The notes under the pieces were generated by a model. The model ran no database searches and was not told the origin of the DNA. It saw nothing but the letters and a program-made list of their open reading frames with translations. A stretch of DNA of 64,000 nucleotides, from positions 33,085-97,084 of the forward strand of contig CAVVOB010000039.1 of NCBI GenBank assembly GCA_963749655.1, written 5' to 3'. Numbering within the stretch: position 1 is the first letter of the stretch; the number at the start of each line of letters is the position of its first letter. Shown one piece after another: positions 61,471 through 64,000 of the stretch. The position numbers and the translations under genes are program-made. The DNA comes from Nitrospirota bacterium. Its GTDB lineage: Bacteria; Nitrospirota; UBA9217.

Positions 61471-62322
61471 TTACCAATCACCGCAACATTCAAAAGCCTC
61501 CATCTTCGTCAATCGCTGAAGAATCTTTCCGGTATCGGACATCCGGTAGAGACTTGCCAGCGATTCAGCGCCTTCCCAGTCGCAGCTGCTGGAAAACACG
61601 ATCTCCCTGCCGGCCCAGATAGGAGACGAGTCGAATCCCTGCGCAGGAGCCTCGTACTGAAAGACCTCGCCCGTATCCACGTTCAACCTGCGGAGGTGGG
61701 GCGTGCCTGCATCGCAGCGGAAAATAAGCGACGAGCCGTCAGGCGACCAGGAAGGGTTCGCATGAAGCACCTCTTCGGTCGTAAGCTTGCGCTTGTTATT
61801 GCCTGCGGGGTCCATGACCCAGAGCACGGACGTTTGGGAGCCCGGCGCAAAAAACTCGGCGAAGGCGATCAGATCGCCGCGGGGCGACCACATCGGGGTC
61901 ATATGCTCCGAAGGCCCCTCGGTGAGCCTCTTGAATCCCGACCCGTCCATGTTCACTACATGCACCTGCTGGAGCCCCTTCTCGTCTGCGCCCGAGAACA
62001 CGAACCGGCTGTCATCGGGCGCCCAGTCAACGCTGATTATGTTGAGATCGCCGGTCGTGACCTGGGCCGTTTTCCTTGTTGCCAGGTCCATGAGGAATAT
62101 ATTGTACAGCTTTCTGGCGTTGTTCTTCGTGCTCACGAAGGCGATCATCGTCTTGTCCCTGCTGTAGCGGGGCGCTGCATTGTCGCTGTATTCCCCCGTC
62201 GCCCCCGGGTTCATCGTGAGCCGGGTCTCATTTTTACCGTCCCCGTCGATGGCATAGATGTCGTTGAACATCTCCTTGCCGTCTCCGTTGAAGCGGGTAA
62301 ATACGATGCGTGACTGTTCCAT
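61471..62322 (-). CDS. TolB-like PD40 beta-propeller protein
   Basis: Repeated P.WSPDG motifs. Confidence 0.85.
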   Translation of the reverse strand: MEQSRIVFTRFNGDGKEMFNDIYAIDGDGKNETRLTMNPGATGEYSDNAAPRYSRDKTMIAFVSTKNNARKLYNIFLMDLATRKTAQVTTGDLNIISVDWAPDDSRFVFSGADEKGLQQVHVVNMDGSGFKRLTEGPSEHMTPMWSPRGDLIAFAEFFAPGSQTSVLWVMDPAGNNKRKLTTEEVLHANPSWSPDGSSLIFRCDAGTPHLRRLNVDTGEVFQYEAPAQGFDSSPIWAGREIVFSSSCDWEGAESLASLYRMSDTGKILQRLTKMEAFECCGDW

Positions 62323-62908
62323 TCGAAACCTCTTTCCTGCCCTTTGGAATGCTGGAGAGCGAATGACAGATTACCCAATATTGCGGGGAAAGTCAAACGG
62401 CAACACAGGGCATCCCTTCGAAGTGTTACGCGAGTTCAGTGGAGGCGTATCGCGGATCAAAAGCTCCATATTACTGGACGTGCACGGCACTTCAGTATGT
62501 GAAGATGCAGGGTCCTGGAAGCGGGGTTCAGACCAAGTTATTCAGAGGGCGATCAGCGACCGAGGGGGACTTCGTGTCTTATTTGACTTCCCGTAATGCC
62601 ATCATCCCCTTCTCCAACCTGATCCCTCCCTCGCTCCTCGAACTGTACCCGTAAATGCATGCGCCTTCCGGCGGTTTCCGCCTTTCTGTTCTTGCCTGCT
62701 GATATTATCGTTACCGCACTCCTTGCCGACCTACTCGTGTCACGTTTACACCGCGCGACAAGAGCCAGTATCCGGGACACGATGAAACCTGTTGTGCATT
62801 TCTTGATTGTGGGTCTTTAGTATTATTAATTTCTTGACATTCCCCGACTTCCGCTATAATATTGACCAATTTTTGTGGTTAACTTTCTGGTCAAGGAGCG
62901 TCACCTCT

Positions 62909-64000
62909 ATGAATGTGAAAAAGCGTATTCATCGAGCAGTTGCCCCTGTCTTAATTCTGTTTTTTTCAGTTTCATCCGTCGCATCGGCCCTCGACGTCTC
63001 CGGTCAGTCCCGGACCTATCTGCAGGCCCGGGAAACAGTAGACTCAAAAAGCCTGCTGCCTCTCTACGAATACCTAAATTTCGAGGCCGGGAATTTTGGC
63101 GGTAATGACATTACTTTCCATTTCGGCGGATGGTACCGGTTCGATCTGCAGGAAAAAAGCTTTGGGGATACTAACGAGGCAAGCGACCTCCAGTACGCCT
63201 ACCTCCCTCGGCTGCCGGGGAAAGAAGAGCAACACCTTTCTGAACCTCGGACGGGTTGTTGTCAACCAGGGCATCACCTCCGAACAGGTCGACGGTGTGT
63301 CCATGGGAACAGACCTCAAATTGGGTTTCGGTATATCAGCCTTCGGTGGAATTCCCGTGGAGACGGACTTCGACACCAGGAAAGGCGATTCCGTTTATGG
63401 CGGCCGGATCGGCCAGGGCCGCAACGGGCTGTACCGCATCGGCGTTTCCTACCTTCTGGAAAAAAACGACAATGTGGAATTCCGGAAGGAAGAAGGGGTT
63501 CACCTCTGGTTCCGGCCGATCGACAAAGCGGAACTCCTGGGCTCGATGCTCTACAATGCGATCACCTCTGCCAATGCCCAAAACTCCCTGTACCTCACGC
63601 TCGGCCCTTTCAAGAACCTCACCTTGCGCACCCAGTACATGGATACAAGCTACAAAGACTACTTCACGGGAACGACGATGAGCGCCTTCCAGCTCATGTC
63701 CACCGGCACCGGATCCATTGACCCGAACGAAAAACTCGCGCTGATCGGAGAGGAAGTATCACTTTCCTTCGGAAAGACGATTGTCTCGGCCGACTACAAA
63801 AAATACAACTACGATATCGCGGGCAGCGCAGACTATTACGGCGCCAAAATCGCTTACACCGGCGCTGAAGGCAACGGTGCCGGCCTCGCCTATCATCGGA
63901 TGAACGGCGAAAAGAATGACCTCCGCTACAACGAATATCGCGTGTACGCCTACAGACGAATAGGGAAGATCGGCGCCACGATCGATGCGCTCATGGTCAA
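62909..64000 (+). CDS. Outer-membrane beta-barrel protein (frameshift near 63210; runs off the window)
   Basis: Signal peptide; QSRTYL..PLYEYL, YAYL and LGR..V.QG..EQVDG; alternating aromatic/Gly strands. Confidence 0.65.

Overview
Bacterial chromosomal window with a GC-rich backbone. The gene content suggests an anaerobe such as Nitrospirota or Desulfobacterota (inference). Many single-base frameshifts look like long-read errors. From left to right: (1) a minus-strand operon with tandem paralogous Ehr/Hyf-like modules (hyfB-C-E-F-G-I, then a second hyfB-C-E), whose large subunit lacks the NiFe-binding cysteines, lying downstream of nhaA and a TauE/DUF1634 pair; (2) housekeeping genes glnE, a thioesterase, rnr, a Tat-exported metallophosphoesterase, selA-selB, an MFS, a CPA2/KefB antiporter and tRNA-Sec; (3) a ~12 kb element integrated in the tRNA-Sec 3' end and bounded by a perfect 26-bp direct repeat; (4) an accessory tail with a TPR gene, a degenerate second att site, ISL3 and hicB-hicA; (5) ordinary transport and metabolic genes ending in a probable outer-membrane beta-barrel. 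The integrated element is the most novel feature. It looks like a phage satellite: lambda-O-type initiator with internal iterons, DnaB helicase, split primase pieces, a TerS-like gene, one virion-like gene and no capsid or tail set. It also carries a second small tyrosine recombinase with its own candidate core site, a Phd antitoxin paired with an unknown partner, a membrane-anchored trypsin-like protease, and a protein with two classical eukaryote-type C2H2 zinc fingers.
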